A stretch of 39,080 nt of DNA from NCBI GenBank assembly GCA_048128005.1, contig JBEUKZ010000103.1:124001-163080 (forward strand). The letters are read 5' to 3'. Positions 12,721 to 24,739 of the stretch are shown here, one piece after another. The position numbers and the translations under genes are program-made. The notes beneath the pieces are model-generated. The model had not been told where the DNA came from, made no database searches, and saw only the letters and a list, made by a program, of their open reading frames with translations. This DNA comes from Veleropilina oligotropha (Eukaryota). How positions within the stretch are numbered: the stretch's first letter is position 1; each line of letters opens with the position of its first letter.

Positions 12721-13520
12721 ATATCTGCGCTCCAAACTAAAGTGTGATCTGGGCATGTCCACTCGACTACTGAATGTAGCAACAATTTGACATAATACTG
12801 CCCCTAGCGGGAAACAGTATTTTTTGTCATACTCAAACGTATTTTCACTTTCCAAAACATTAAGCATATTTTAAATAAAATAGATAACAAACAATAGCTT
12901 GACAACAGTTAAACAATAATTTCACCTTTAATAGTACAAAATGTGACGAATTTAAATAGTGAACTGCATGAACACTTACAGGCTACTGGTTTACTATGCC
13001 AATGTCCCTAGGAGCAAATGATCATACACTCCATATTATTCCTTTAGGGGCATTGCTGTCCAGAGATGATGATGCCAAGAGTATGACGCACGCAGCAATA
13101 CAAATGACACAGCAGGTGGATACGAAGCGGGAACAGATGATGGACAAGAAAAAAAAGAAGAAAAAAAAGAAAAAGGAGCTAACGCAAACTGATCACTGAA
13201 ACTGATCACCGTCCAAGAAGAGTGGAAAGACCAAGAAAAATAAATAGATGGATAGATTGATGTCCATACAGCTGCTGTAATATATTTATTTTGCTAAAAA
13301 AAATGTCAAATGACATTTTGTGGTTAAACTTTCTATCATTGCATAATGTTAATCTAATACCATGGCTTCTTATTGGTGTGTAAAGAATCATGTTTATTCA
13401 ATTGACCAACATGAATTGTGTGTGAAATATATCGATTCGATATATTATGATGTGAAGTGTTATCTTGCTCTCATGTAAAGAGATATGCAAGTTCATGGAC
13501 TATATCAGCGGTTTGCTTTA

Positions 13521-14986
13521 TTATGCCCCCTAAACGAAGTTTGGGGGAATATAGTGTGCACACGTCCGTCCGTCCGAACTTGGTTTCCGGGCTATAACTT
13601 TAGAATGCCTTCATGGATTTCAATGAAATTTGGTATGCAATTGGATGATCATAATAGCTAAGTGAAGTTCGATTACAGTAACATTCCGAGTTTCCATAAA
13701 GGAGTTATGCCCCTTTATACACTTCGAAACATTTTTTCATTTCCGGGCGGTAACTTCAGAATGCCTTCATGGATTTGCATTAAATTTGGTATTCACGTGT
13801 ATGATCATAATACCGAAGTGAAGTTCGATTTCGGTAACATTCCGAATTTCCATAAAGGAGTTATGCCCCTTGATACACTTCGAAACATTTTTTCATTTCC
13901 GGGCGGTAACTTCAGAATGCCTTCATGGATTTGCATTAAATTTGGTATTCACGTGTATGATCATAATACCTAAGTGAAGTTCGATTTCGGTAACATTCCG
14001 AATTTCCATAAAGGAGTTATGCCCCTTGATTCACTTGGAAACATTTTTTCATTTTCTGGCAGTAACTTGAGAATGCCTTCATGGATTTACATAAAATTTG
14101 GAATTCACGTGTATGATCGTAATGGCTAAGTGCAGTTCGATTTCGGTAAAATTCCCATGTTCCATAAGAGAGTTATGTCCCTTGATTCACTTGGAAACAT
14201 TTTTTCATGAATTTACATTAAATTTGGTATTCACGTGTATGATCGTAATGGCTAAGTGCAGTTCGATTTCGGTAAAATTCCCATGTTCCATATGGGAGTT
14301 ATGCCCCTTGATTCACTTGGAAGCATTTTTTCATTTTCAGAATGCCTTCATGGATTTAAATTAAATTTGATATTCACGTGTATGATCATAATAGCTAAGT
14401 GGAGTTCGATTTCGGTGAAATTCCGCCTTCACATAAGGGAGTTATGTCCCTTCATCAACATGCAATTTTTTTCCCATTTCCGGCTGATAACTTGATAATG
14501 CCTTCATGGATATAAATTAAGTTTGGTATACACGTGTAATATCATTGGAAATTTTTTTATGCCCGGTCCCCTGTAAAATGAAGTATGGAGAGCATTTATT
14601 GTTACACATTCATGTTTGTCCCTCGAATGAATGCTTTAGATTCTGCGCTATATTAAGGCATTCATGGATTCAAATTAAATTAATTTGATATACACATGTA
14701 TATCAGAATATCTAAGTGGAGTTTCATTTCTATAAATTCCCAACTTCATTTAGGAGACATAGGACATTAATTATTGATTTAATTTTGTTTTCAATTCTGG
14801 ACGATAACTTCTGAATACATTCATGGAATGAAACTATATTTGGTTTATAGGTGTATTCTCTTATTCATACATTGTTAAATGCGTAAATGCAATGTTAAGA
14901 GAGTTATGGCTGTTTACTTCGAATTTCTTTCATTCCTGGGCAGTTGTTTCAGCAGGGGCATTCGTGTCACTCTGACATATCTAGTT
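13521..14986 (+). mobile_element. Helentron/HINE-like element, copy 2 (same family as 9321..10800)
   Basis: Colinear and highly similar to 9321-10800; 156-bp period (GTGAAGTTCGAT at 13662, 13818, 13974); ends TGACATATCTAGTT. Confidence 0.82.
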
Positions 14987-15097
14987 AATATTTCTATGTT
15001 GAGTAACAGTTACATATTTCTGTGGATACTGCATTTTGTTAAATATTATATTTTTTGTTAAACATGATGTGAAATTATGTATCGATCTTGTAACAAT

Positions 15098-15246
15098 ATG
15101 AAGCACAGTTGTCCGTGACTGGCCGAAGAGGGCGGGTTTATTCGGGCGACCGGGGTTTCCTCCCGCGATAACACGGACATGTCCTGCCTTGAACCTCGAT
15201 GTTGTAAATATACAGGACATTAAGCATAATTCCTCATCTTCCTCCT
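15098..15246 (+). mobile_element. 5'-truncated SINE (V-domain-like core)
   Basis: Matches the 3' half of the full-length SINE at 19814-20073; core GGGTTTATTCGGGCGACCGGGGTTTCCTCCC. Confidence 0.75.
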
Positions 15247-16108
15247 GTAACAATAGAAAACAAACATTTATAACATTTCTTTGTAATGACCGCATTAATT
15301 AATGCCATATTTTAATGTTCAATTAAATTTATTACAAGACTATTAGAATGCCTATCTAATAACATAAGTGACGACATTTTTGTGATGGTTTAAGTCGGTT
15401 ATATAGGAGAAGCTCGTGCTTTGTGGTTTAACTGTTGGCTCGTCTGATTAGACAACCAAACCTCGTGGTATCACCTATATGATACACAGGAAATACATTG
15501 TGGCATGGTAGATTTACAAATTTTGTAATTTCAATCTTGTCTGTGCATCCAGAAAATAATGTCATATAAATGTATGTTAAAGATTTACGCCGCAGTCTAT
15601 GCATTTTTATGCCACCGGCTCGACTTTAGTCGGCCAGGGGGCATTATGCTTTTGGTCCGTCCGTCCGTCCCTAACAGATTGAACTCACCTATCTGTTTCG
15701 ATGTTAATCATGAGCGACCTCCTTCAAACTTAATATGCTATTAGATATAAGTATGAACTATCATGAGTTCGAATATTGAATGAAAATATTTATTATTTAC
15801 CACATTTTTTACGTTTTTGAACATATAGTCTTTGGAGCTTCATTTCTGATTTCATGTCATAAGAAACTCCCCTAACTTTTTCGATGTTAATCAATAGCCA
15901 TCTTCTTCAAACTTCATAAGCTATTATATATAAGTATGAACTATCATGAGTTCGAATGTTGAGTTCGAATGTTGAATGAAAATATTTATTTTTTACTACA
16001 TTTTTTACGTTTCTGAACATAGTCTCTGGAGCGTAATTTCTGATCTCGTGCTATAAGAAACTCGCCTAACTTTTTCGATGTTAATCAATAGCCACCGTCT
16101 TCAAACTT

Positions 16109-16607
16109 CATATCTTACCTCCAACAAGTTTCTACGATAGTGATTGGGTTAGACCCATCACGTGTCGATCGTGTATAATCCATATGGGGTTACTTCACCT
16201 TCGCTCTTGCCTGATATGAATTTTACTCACCCTGTATATACCATATCTTACCGCCAACAAGTTTACACGATAGTGATTGGGTTAGACCGATCACGTGTCG
16301 ACCCTGTATAAATCCATATGGGGTTACTTCACCGCCATACAGGGTCGGTATAGATTTATCGCCCCTGTGCCTTATACAATTCAATAAACAATATGGTGGC
16401 CAAAAAACGGTTCGCGCAGACGACACCACAGGAATGTGACCGGTTTAGACAGGTTAAAGTGTAAAAAAAGGTTGTCAGTAAGATATATTCGTTACATGGT
16501 TTGTTAGTGACATAATATGGTATATACAGGGTGAGTAAAATTCATATCAGGCTCGAGCTTCGCTCTCGCCTGATATGAATTTTACTCACCCTGTATATAC
16601 CATATTA
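16109..16607. mobile_element. Crypton-like palindromic element with a partial tandem duplication
   Basis: 95-bp hairpin at 16513-16607; ATATCTTAC / GTAAGATAT inverted pair; 16109-16200 duplicates 16242-16335. Confidence 0.5.
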
Positions 16608-16632
16608 GGTCACCAATGCACCATGTAACTTA

Positions 16633-17158
16633 TAATATAGAGGATATCGAACGAGTGTCCATTCCATATGAGAATTATGAAACGAGTCGGCACAATTTAT
16701 GTACCGAGCCTTGGCGAGGTACATAAATTTGCTGCCGAGTTTCATAATTCTCATATGAAATGGATACAAGTTTGATATCTTCTTTATCACATGACTTTAT
16801 TTACTTTTAAACTTATTTTATTACATTTTTAAACTCATTTCTTTACATTTTGAAACTGATTTTTGTCAGTACTTTCAGCCATAAAATGCCATGCCCCAGA
16901 TGCATCACGCCTCGAAAACACGCGCCATGCCAGTACGCCAATAAAAAATAGTTCAAAGTCAGTAATCAACGAGTCAACGCGTATGAATTATTCATTATGT
17001 TAATGAGGGTGATTCGCCGCCTAATCAACTTGGCACCAGATGCGATAATCGTCCGTCATGCTCGCCCTCATTTGCATACTTATGAGACGTCTTTTCGTAT
17101 ATAAATTTATAGAACGGCCTCTACCGTTCCATAACAGGTTTGTCATGTGATAAATATA
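16633..17158. mobile_element. Crypton-like non-autonomous element with a terminal ~140-bp palindrome
   Basis: Hairpin at 16640-16782 followed by TTTATCACATGAC (16783-16795), inverted at 17142-17154; same architecture as 11900..12720. Confidence 0.6.
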
Positions 17159-18099
17159 AGTATGAACTATCATGATTTCGAATATTGAATGAAAATATGT
17201 ATTTTTACCGCATCTTTCACGCTTTTGGACATAGTCTCTGGAGCCTAATTTCTTATATCATACTATAAGAAACTCACCGATCTTTTTCGATGTTAATCAA
17301 GAGCCATCTCATTCAAACTTGATAAGCTATTTGATATATGTATGAATTAACATTAGCTCGAATAATGAATGAAAACATTTATTTTTTACCACATTTTTTT
17401 ACGTTTTTGAACATAGTCTCTGGAGCTTCATTTCTGATCTCATGCTATAAGAAACTCACCTAACTTTTTCGATGTTAATCAATAGCCATCTTCTTCAAAC
17501 TTCATAAACTATTATATATAAGTATGAACTATCATGAGTTCGAATATTGATTGAAAATATTTATTTTTTACTACAGTTTTTACGTTTTTGAACATAGTCT
17601 CTGGAGCTGTAATAAACCCATCTAACTTTTCTATGTTAATCAATAGCCACCTTCTTCAAACTTCATATGCTATTATATATAAGTATGAACTACAGTATCA
17701 TGAGTTCGAATATGGAATGAAAAATATGTATATGTAATTTAGTAATGAAGTGGAATCAGTATCTTGAATTAACAAGGCTTCGCAAGCTTTGGGATACCTG
17801 TGCAAATGCTTTGTGCACTTAATACTTACAGTCAGCAGAATGATAGAACAGCCACATCATCTTTTCCTTTTATAATGTTTAAGAACAGATATAGTGATGA
17901 TTCATGAAGCATCAATGGCTTTGAACATATACTGGGGGCATCTGCAGTGTCGGTAGACACATTTCTAGTTTATATTACCTTTGTTCAGCAACAGGTTGTA
18001 TTTGATATAGACAAGCGTCCTATGTATAATAATATAAAATAGTGTAGAATATAGACAGTAAGGAGATTGGAGAAAATGTTGTTCATGGTCCCAAAGATC

Positions 18100-18345
18100 T
18101 TCCACCGGACATTCAGTGTCTTTCAACAACACCAAAGTTCTCGCCAGGGAAACAGATTGGAACAGACGAAAGATTATGGAGGTGATATATATCCAACAAC
18201 ATCGACCTTCCATGAATCGTGACCAGGGCTACATCCTTCCATTTACCGTCAGATCCTTCCACAACATCCTGAGCGGCCGATCATCACTGAGTCATCACGT
18301 GACCAAGGCTACTAGTTGAGTAGCCGAAACGTCGGATATGTTTCA
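18100..18345 (+). mobile_element. 3' fragment of a Penelope-like retroelement (end of GIY-YIG domain) with a hammerhead-like motif
   Basis: Translates GHSVSFNNTKVLARETDWNRRKIMEVIYIQQHRPSMNRDQG, typical of the PLE GIY-YIG C-terminus; followed by GTGACCA-A-GGCTACT-agttg-AGTAGCC-GAAAC-GTC. Confidence 0.75.
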
Positions 18346-19813
18346 ACTATACGTCCCAAAAGTAAGTGAAATGTTTTTCAAATTAAGGAGATTGTCTGGT
18401 AATAAATTAACCAAATGAAATTGTATTTTATTACAATAATAAAATATAATTTGCATTATCGTTTATTCCGCACATTGACAAGTGATAAAAATACTACACA
18501 TATTTTCATAAAATATGCTTTTGTTTTATATTGTACATTGCATGCATAAAATTATTGGTAAATTACTCCCCCCTCCCCCCCCCCCCCCCCACCACCCCCG
18601 ACTACCAATTATATCATTATTAGCAGACTACAATTAATGGACATTATGATGCTAGGGACACGCGTGGAAATAGGTATTTATTTGTATATTTTAATGATAA
18701 ATTTGTATATATCCTCAATTTGCACAATGTTTTAAAATATGATTTCATAGTTTAAATGTCATTGTCGTTGAGTAATCTCATATATATACTGTATTAGTCT
18801 GATATAACAAATGCGGTTAATAGCCAGGGGAGATAATCTGTATGACAGGATAATGCATTATTCTTAGAGACTGTTTCAGTCGATGTATTATGCAACTATG
18901 TTTTAATGATCATTTCACACATGTATAGTATGATTTTTAATAGGAATAGGTTGGTTTTAAGTTGTTTTATAAGTATTTATGCCATAAATGTATATAATTA
19001 TCAAAGCTAAAATATTTTATTGTATTTACTTCAGACACATTATGAAAAGGTATTGTATATTTGTTAATTTACAAGAACCAATTATACATTCTCAGAAACT
19101 TTTGATTCGAAATGATGTATTATATAGCCTACTGTATGCTATAACTATCGGGAGCTAAACGATCCAGCTAGAGATGCTTACCTGGAGGTCAGCACCTAAT
19201 ATTTCAACTACATATTGGTCGTTAGTTGCAGCTGCATGCATTTCCCTTGACCGTTGTCATCGACATTCAAATGAATTGACGTGGCCATGATTTGTAAAAG
19301 TTGGGCACACATGGAAAATGACCTTTGACCCGCTCATCCATTGGTTGCTCTGGTCCATTGATTAAATTATCCAATCAAAATTAGAAAGTCGACCGTAAGA
19401 CACACGTTTATTATCGTTTTTATTAAACACTTTTTACCTATGTATAATGACCCGGATATATGATAAAATGGTATATCTTTATATTCTTAAATAATTTTTG
19501 TTGTGTTTATGTTTGTTGTTATGATAATAATGTGCTTGCTTGTTGTATGGGCATATTATGGTATGACCCTGATTGAAACCAAACTAAAAGTTAATTTATT
19601 TAAGTATCTGCTTGATTGTTTATGGATACAATGTTCAATCCTTTCATCGTCTCGCTGAGAGATCTTGACATCAAACTGAAAAAATATAATGATGAATCTA
19701 ACATTATGGCTCAAAATATAATCACTGTTGAAATATCTTTATTTATTGTAAATAAAATAAAATATTTTATCTACCAATTTATCTTCTCGTATTTTGTTAC
19801 TGATGTCAATAGT

Positions 19814-20073
19814 GGAGGAGGAATGATGCTTAATGTCCAGTATATTTACAATATCGAGGTTCAAGGCAGGACATGTCTGTGTTATCGCGGGAGGAAACCC
19901 CGGTCGCCCGGGTAAACCCGCCCGCTTCGGCCAGTCGCGGACAACTGTGATTCATAACTTGAACAAATGTCAATGCCTCAGCCAGGTATTGAACCCACTA
20001 CTGTTCACATTAGCGGAATCAAGCCAGTGAATTCAAAGTGGACACTCTTACCCACTGCGCTGCCAAAGCGGCC
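19814..20073 (-). mobile_element. Full-length tRNA-derived SINE with V-domain-like core and target-site duplication
   Basis: Minus-strand A-box-like GGCAGCGCAGTGGG and B-box GGTTCAATACC; core GGGTTTACCCGGGCGACCGGGGTTTCCTCCC; flanked by a perfect direct repeat TGATGTCAATAGT (19801-19813 and 20074-20086). Confidence 0.85.
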
Positions 20074-20247
20074 TGATGTCAATAGTTCACCACACATCAA
20101 TAGTATACACTCAAAGTATGATCAGGACACCACAACAACCGAAGAGTTACACTACAATCAATGTAATGTGTACATCTCGACACTGAGATTTAAAGAAGGC
20201 TACAGGCTACATGAAATGATGTTTTCATACCATATGTCAAGAAGTCA

Positions 20248-21008
20248 TTTTTGGCCCGCCTTCTAAAGGCAGGGCTATAGCCGTGTACTGGCGTCCGTCG
20301 TCCGTCGCCTGATGCTTTCTGTCACATAGAAGATGAACCGCTGGACTTACTCCTTTCATATTTGGTATACATCTTATATACCATCAGGCCTAGCCCAAGT
20401 TCAAAGATGGGGTCGCTGGGTCAAAGGTCAAGGTCATTTTCGTGTATATCCGTTCTGGAACTTCGAAGATTGCTTTCTGTCACATATAAGATGAACCGCT
20501 GGACCTACAGCTTTCATCATGGGTATGCACCTTGTATACCATCAGGCCTTGGTTAAGTTCAAAAATGGAGTCGCTGGGTCAAAGGTCAAGGTCATTTTCG
20601 TGTATTTCCGTTCTGGCACTTCGAAGATTGCTTTCTGTCACATAGAAGGTGAACCGCTGGACCTACAGCTTTCATCTTGGGTATGCACCTTGTATACCAT
20701 CAGGCCTTGGTTAAGTTCAAAAATGGAGTCGCTGGGTCAAAGGTCAAGGTCATTTTCGTGTATTTCCGTTCTGGCACTTCGAAGATTGCTTTCTGTCACA
20801 TAGAAGATGAACCGCTGGACCTACAGCTTTCATCTTGGGTATGCACCTTGTATACCATCAGGCCTTGGTTAAGTTCAAAAATGGAGTCTCTGGGTCAAAG
20901 GTCAAGGTCATTTTCGTGCACTTTGAAGATATAGAGTTATTGATTATTTTCCTCTCTATGGATTTATATATCCAAAAGGCGGGCCTGTATGAGGATTATA
21001 CCTCTAGT
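20248..21008 (+). mobile_element. HINE-like element with 158-bp tandem array
   Basis: Subterminal IR GGCCCGCCTT (20253) / AAGGCGGGCC (20976), (CGTC)n tract, about four 158-bp units, 3' GAGG..CCTC hairpin and CTAGT. Confidence 0.8.
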
Positions 21009-21133
21009 ATAGGTCTTACAGGAAATATTTAATCTCCCAGTTTCGTGTCCAGAGTTGGATAACAGACAATGACACTATATAATCCATGCCATGCAACTGC
21101 AAATAATATCGCAAAGGTAAAAAGGTGAGCCTG

Positions 21134-22761
21134 GGCCGGTATTCATAAAGATACTTAAGTCTGAAAAATTGCCTAATTGCACTCCTAAGATATGTGCTAC
21201 GAACAAGTGTGATTCAATATTCTACCTATCTCGGGGAATACACCTATGTCTCGTCCTAGATTTAGGACACTTCGAGGCTAGCATAATTCTAAGTGGTTTG
21301 GTTATTCTGTTAAATTTTTTATAATTTCTCAATAAAATCGAAAGATATGGCCGATTTGGTGTTTGCTGCCCGAATGGAGATGCATCGAAAGCGTGGAATA
21401 TATCTGGAAAGTGTTTTTCTTGATGGACTTCACCAACTTTCTGATACTTGAATTATATCAAAGCTACCCGGCCGTTTGGAGCGACATATATTTGATCATA
21501 TTGACGACATTAACAATGAATTGGAATCAAAATACATTAAGAAGCCATGCACTTCCCAGTTGCAATGGTACGACCTAATGCCTATCATTTCAACAAATTG
21601 CAGCTGATACCGTACAACATATACCATATAATATCTCAGTCAAGTATGTATCGAATTATTACACAGATAAATTATGACACCTATGCCTAGTTATGTCGAT
21701 GGAGAGTGTTGTAGAATTTCCATCGACGAACAATGTGATCCACAGACTGTATTAGATGCGTTTATGAAATTCCCCATTTTCTTGGGGTAATGAAAGCGGT
21801 TTATGAAACTCTAAATGGATCGACGTAACATGAATATCGATATATTTACAGGACTATTATTTTATCATTGCCCTGGCCAAGGGCGGATCCCGGATTTTGA
21901 AAAAGAGGGGGTCCAACTTTGACCAAATATATACTATCAACTGTCCACGTGGCCCCGCGATGAAGAAACTTTTCACATTGCATTGTTATAGTGCACACGT
22001 GATATTTCTTACCAACATTTGCGAACCAACTTCATTAAAATGTACGAGTCAATTTTTCGTGCTTTTACTATCAATCATGTATTTCTGACCACCTCGACCC
22101 CCATAAAATTTTGCCTAATAATGGGGTGAAACTCCTCTCCTGCGCCATTTCCTATCAACATTGTCGACGCTAAATTGTATGTGTAAATTTTACGTTTTTT
22201 TTACAATCAAACATATACGTTTCTCATTTTCAAAATGATGGGCCCGGACCACTTTATACCCAGAAATTTTAACAATTGACGGTGTGAAACCACCTCTCCT
22301 GCATTCTGGCAGTGCAATCGCGATATTTCTCATCAACAATTATCAACCATTTTCACTCAAATGTATAGGCCTAAGTAAACTATTCGTTTCTTTCACAGGG
22401 TTAGGGGGTCCGGATCTCCTGGACCCCCTCTGATCCGATAGGACAGTATGTGAAGAATACAATATTCAAATTTATTAACATTCTGGCTAAGTGGTCCGGC
22501 ATAGGCATACCCACGTCTCTATTATATTCAGGGAAAGGCAATTACTGTCTACAACAATAGAACAAAGTGGCTGTTCCACGCTCTTCTTGCATAGCAACGA
22601 CTTTGCGGAAGGTTTACGCAACACACTTAAGTTATTCCATACACTTAGTTATGTGTGTTGCTTATGGTCGTTTATGAATCCCAACGTAGGTGATACACAT
22701 AGTTAGTCATGTCACTTAGACTTAGGGCGTCCTAAAATAAGATTTTTTATGAATTCCGGCC
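21134..22761 (+). mobile_element. Non-autonomous PIF/Harbinger-like element, copy A
   Basis: TIRs GGCCGGTATTCATAAA / TTTATGAATTCCGGCC; 3-bp CTG on both flanks; carries an internal GGCGGATCC..GGGGG / CCCCC..GATCCG MITE-like insert at ~21877-22440. Confidence 0.75.
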
Positions 22762-22904
22762 CTGGCTCCTATCTTATATCTTCGAAATATTAATCTTCAA
22801 TGCAGTGTTGGAGCATATGGAAATTTGTAGATTTTTCTTTAAATCTTTCAGTTCGTCATATATATCCTTAAAAAGTCGGGTCACATGAAACTCGTGTGGA
22901 CTAG

Positions 22905-24582
22905 GGCCGGTATTCATAAAAAATCTTATTTTAGGACGCCCTAAGTCTATGTGACATGACTAACTATGTACGTGTGTATCACGTTGGGATTCATAAACGA
23001 CCATAAGCAACACACATAACTAAGTGTATGGAATAACTTAAGTGTGTTGCGTTCACCTTCCGCAAGGTCGTTGCTATGCAAGAAGAGCGTGGAACAGCCA
23101 CTTTGTTCTATTGTTGTAGACAGTAATTGCCTTTCCCTGAATATAACAGAGACGTGGGTATGCCTATGCCGGACCACTTAGCCAGAATGTTAATAAATTT
23201 AAATATTGTATTCTTCACATACTGTCCTTTCGGATCAGAGGGGGTCCAGGAGGTCCGGACCCCCTAACCCTGTGAAAGAAACGAATAGTTTACTTAGGCC
23301 TATACATTTGAGTGAAAATGGTTGATAATTGTTGATGATAAATATCGCGATTGCACTGCCAGAATGCAGGAGAGGTGGTTTCACACCGTCAATTGTCAAA
23401 ATGTTCTGGGTACAAAGTGGTCCGGGCCCATCCTTTTGAAAATGAGAAACTCATCTGTTTGATTTTCAAAAAAACGTAAAATTTACACATACAATTTAGC
23501 GACAACAATGTTGATAGGAAATAGAGCATTTGCACTGTCAGAATGCAGGAGAGGGAGTTTCACCCCATTAATAGGCAAAATTTTTTGGGGGTCTAGTTGG
23601 TCCGGACCTCATATGAAAATCAGAAATGCATGATTGATTGTAAAAGCACGAAAAATTGACTCATATATTTTAGTGAAGTTGGTTCGCAAATGTTGGTAAG
23701 AAATATCACGTTTGCACTACAACTATGCAATGTGAAAAGTTTCTTCCGCGCGGGGCCACGTGGACAGTTGATAGTATATTTGGTCAAAGTTGGACCCCCT
23801 CTTTTTCAAAATCCGGGATCCGCCCTTGGCCAGGGCAATAATAAAATAATAGTCCTGTATATATATCGCCATTCATGTTGCGTCGATCCATTTGTGAGTT
23901 TCATAAACCGCTTTCATTACCCCAAGAAAATGTGGAATTTCATAAACGCATCTAATACAGTCTGTGGATTACATTGTTCGTCGATGGAAACTGTACAACT
24001 CTCGCCATCGACATAAGTAGGCCTAGATGTCATAATTTATCTGTGTAATAATTCGATACATACTTGACTGAGATATTATACGATATGTACGGTATCAGCT
24101 GCAATTTGTTGAAATGATAGGCATTATGTCCTACCGTTGCAACTGGGAAGTGCTTGGCTCCTTAATGTATTTTGATTCCAATTCATTGTTAATGTCGTCA
24201 ATATGATCAAATATCTGTCGCTCCAAACGGCCAGGTAGCTTTGATATAATTCAATTATCAGAAAGACGGTGAAATCCGTCAAGAAAAAAGAAAAACACTT
24301 TCCATATAGGTATATTCTACGCTTCCGATGCATATCCATTCGGGCAGCAAACACCAATACGGCCATATCTTTCGATTTTATTGAGAGAAATTATTAAAAT
24401 ATGAACAGAATAACCAAACCACTTAGAGTTATGCCAGCCTCGAAGGTGTCCTAAATCTAGGACGAGACATAGGTGTATTGCCTGAGATAGGTAGAATATT
24501 GAATCACACATATTCGTAGCACTTATCTTAAGAGTGCATTTGGGCAATTTGTCAGACTTACGTATCTTTATGAATACCGGCC
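22905..24582 (-). mobile_element. Non-autonomous PIF/Harbinger-like element, copy B (inverted relative to copy A)
   Basis: Full-length reverse complement of 21134..22761 with scattered substitutions and indels; the ORF track shows mirrored peptides (22491+ vs 23177-, 21363+ vs 24366-). Confidence 0.8.
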
Positions 24583-24739
24583 CTGGTAACTGTTATTCCC
24601 TGTGGAAAGGACCAGGCTTAAAGTAATATAAAAATTCGATATAATACCGTATTTGTGCCTAAAAGAAATGGTGGGTCGAAAAAGAGTGAGATTGGTAATG
24701 GAAATATAAAGAGGCAAGAACTTCTGTAAGATGGGCAGT

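Larger units (their letters stand above)
15604..17970 (+). mobile_element. HINE-like element with ~180-bp tandem array and nested palindromic insertions
   Basis: TTTTTATGCC 5' end, hairpin, (GTCC)n, repeated AGTATGAACTATCATGAGTTCGAAT units, and a 3' end of GGGGCAT, GTGTC-GGTA-GACAC hairpin and CTAGTT. Confidence 0.75.

Noticed and set aside
12996..13199. ORF with a poly-lysine tract
   Set aside because: It arises from an A-rich simple tract, with no recognisable protein or splice support.
9573..14495. Repetitive ORFs such as MPSWICIKFGIHVYDHNT and MVFTCMIVMAKC
   Set aside because: These are translations of the 156-bp HINE tandem units, whose length is a multiple of 3; stops and frames vary among copies.
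19035..19045. Possible terminal TRPT1 micro-exon (ttcag/ACACATTATGA giving ...QTDTL-stop)
   Set aside because: It is phase-compatible but too short to distinguish from chance, and read-through to 11854 is equally possible; RNA-seq is needed.
21363..24547. Mirrored 60-108-aa ORFs as a duplicated gene pair
   Set aside because: They are chance ORFs within the two inverted MITE copies, and frames and lengths are not preserved.
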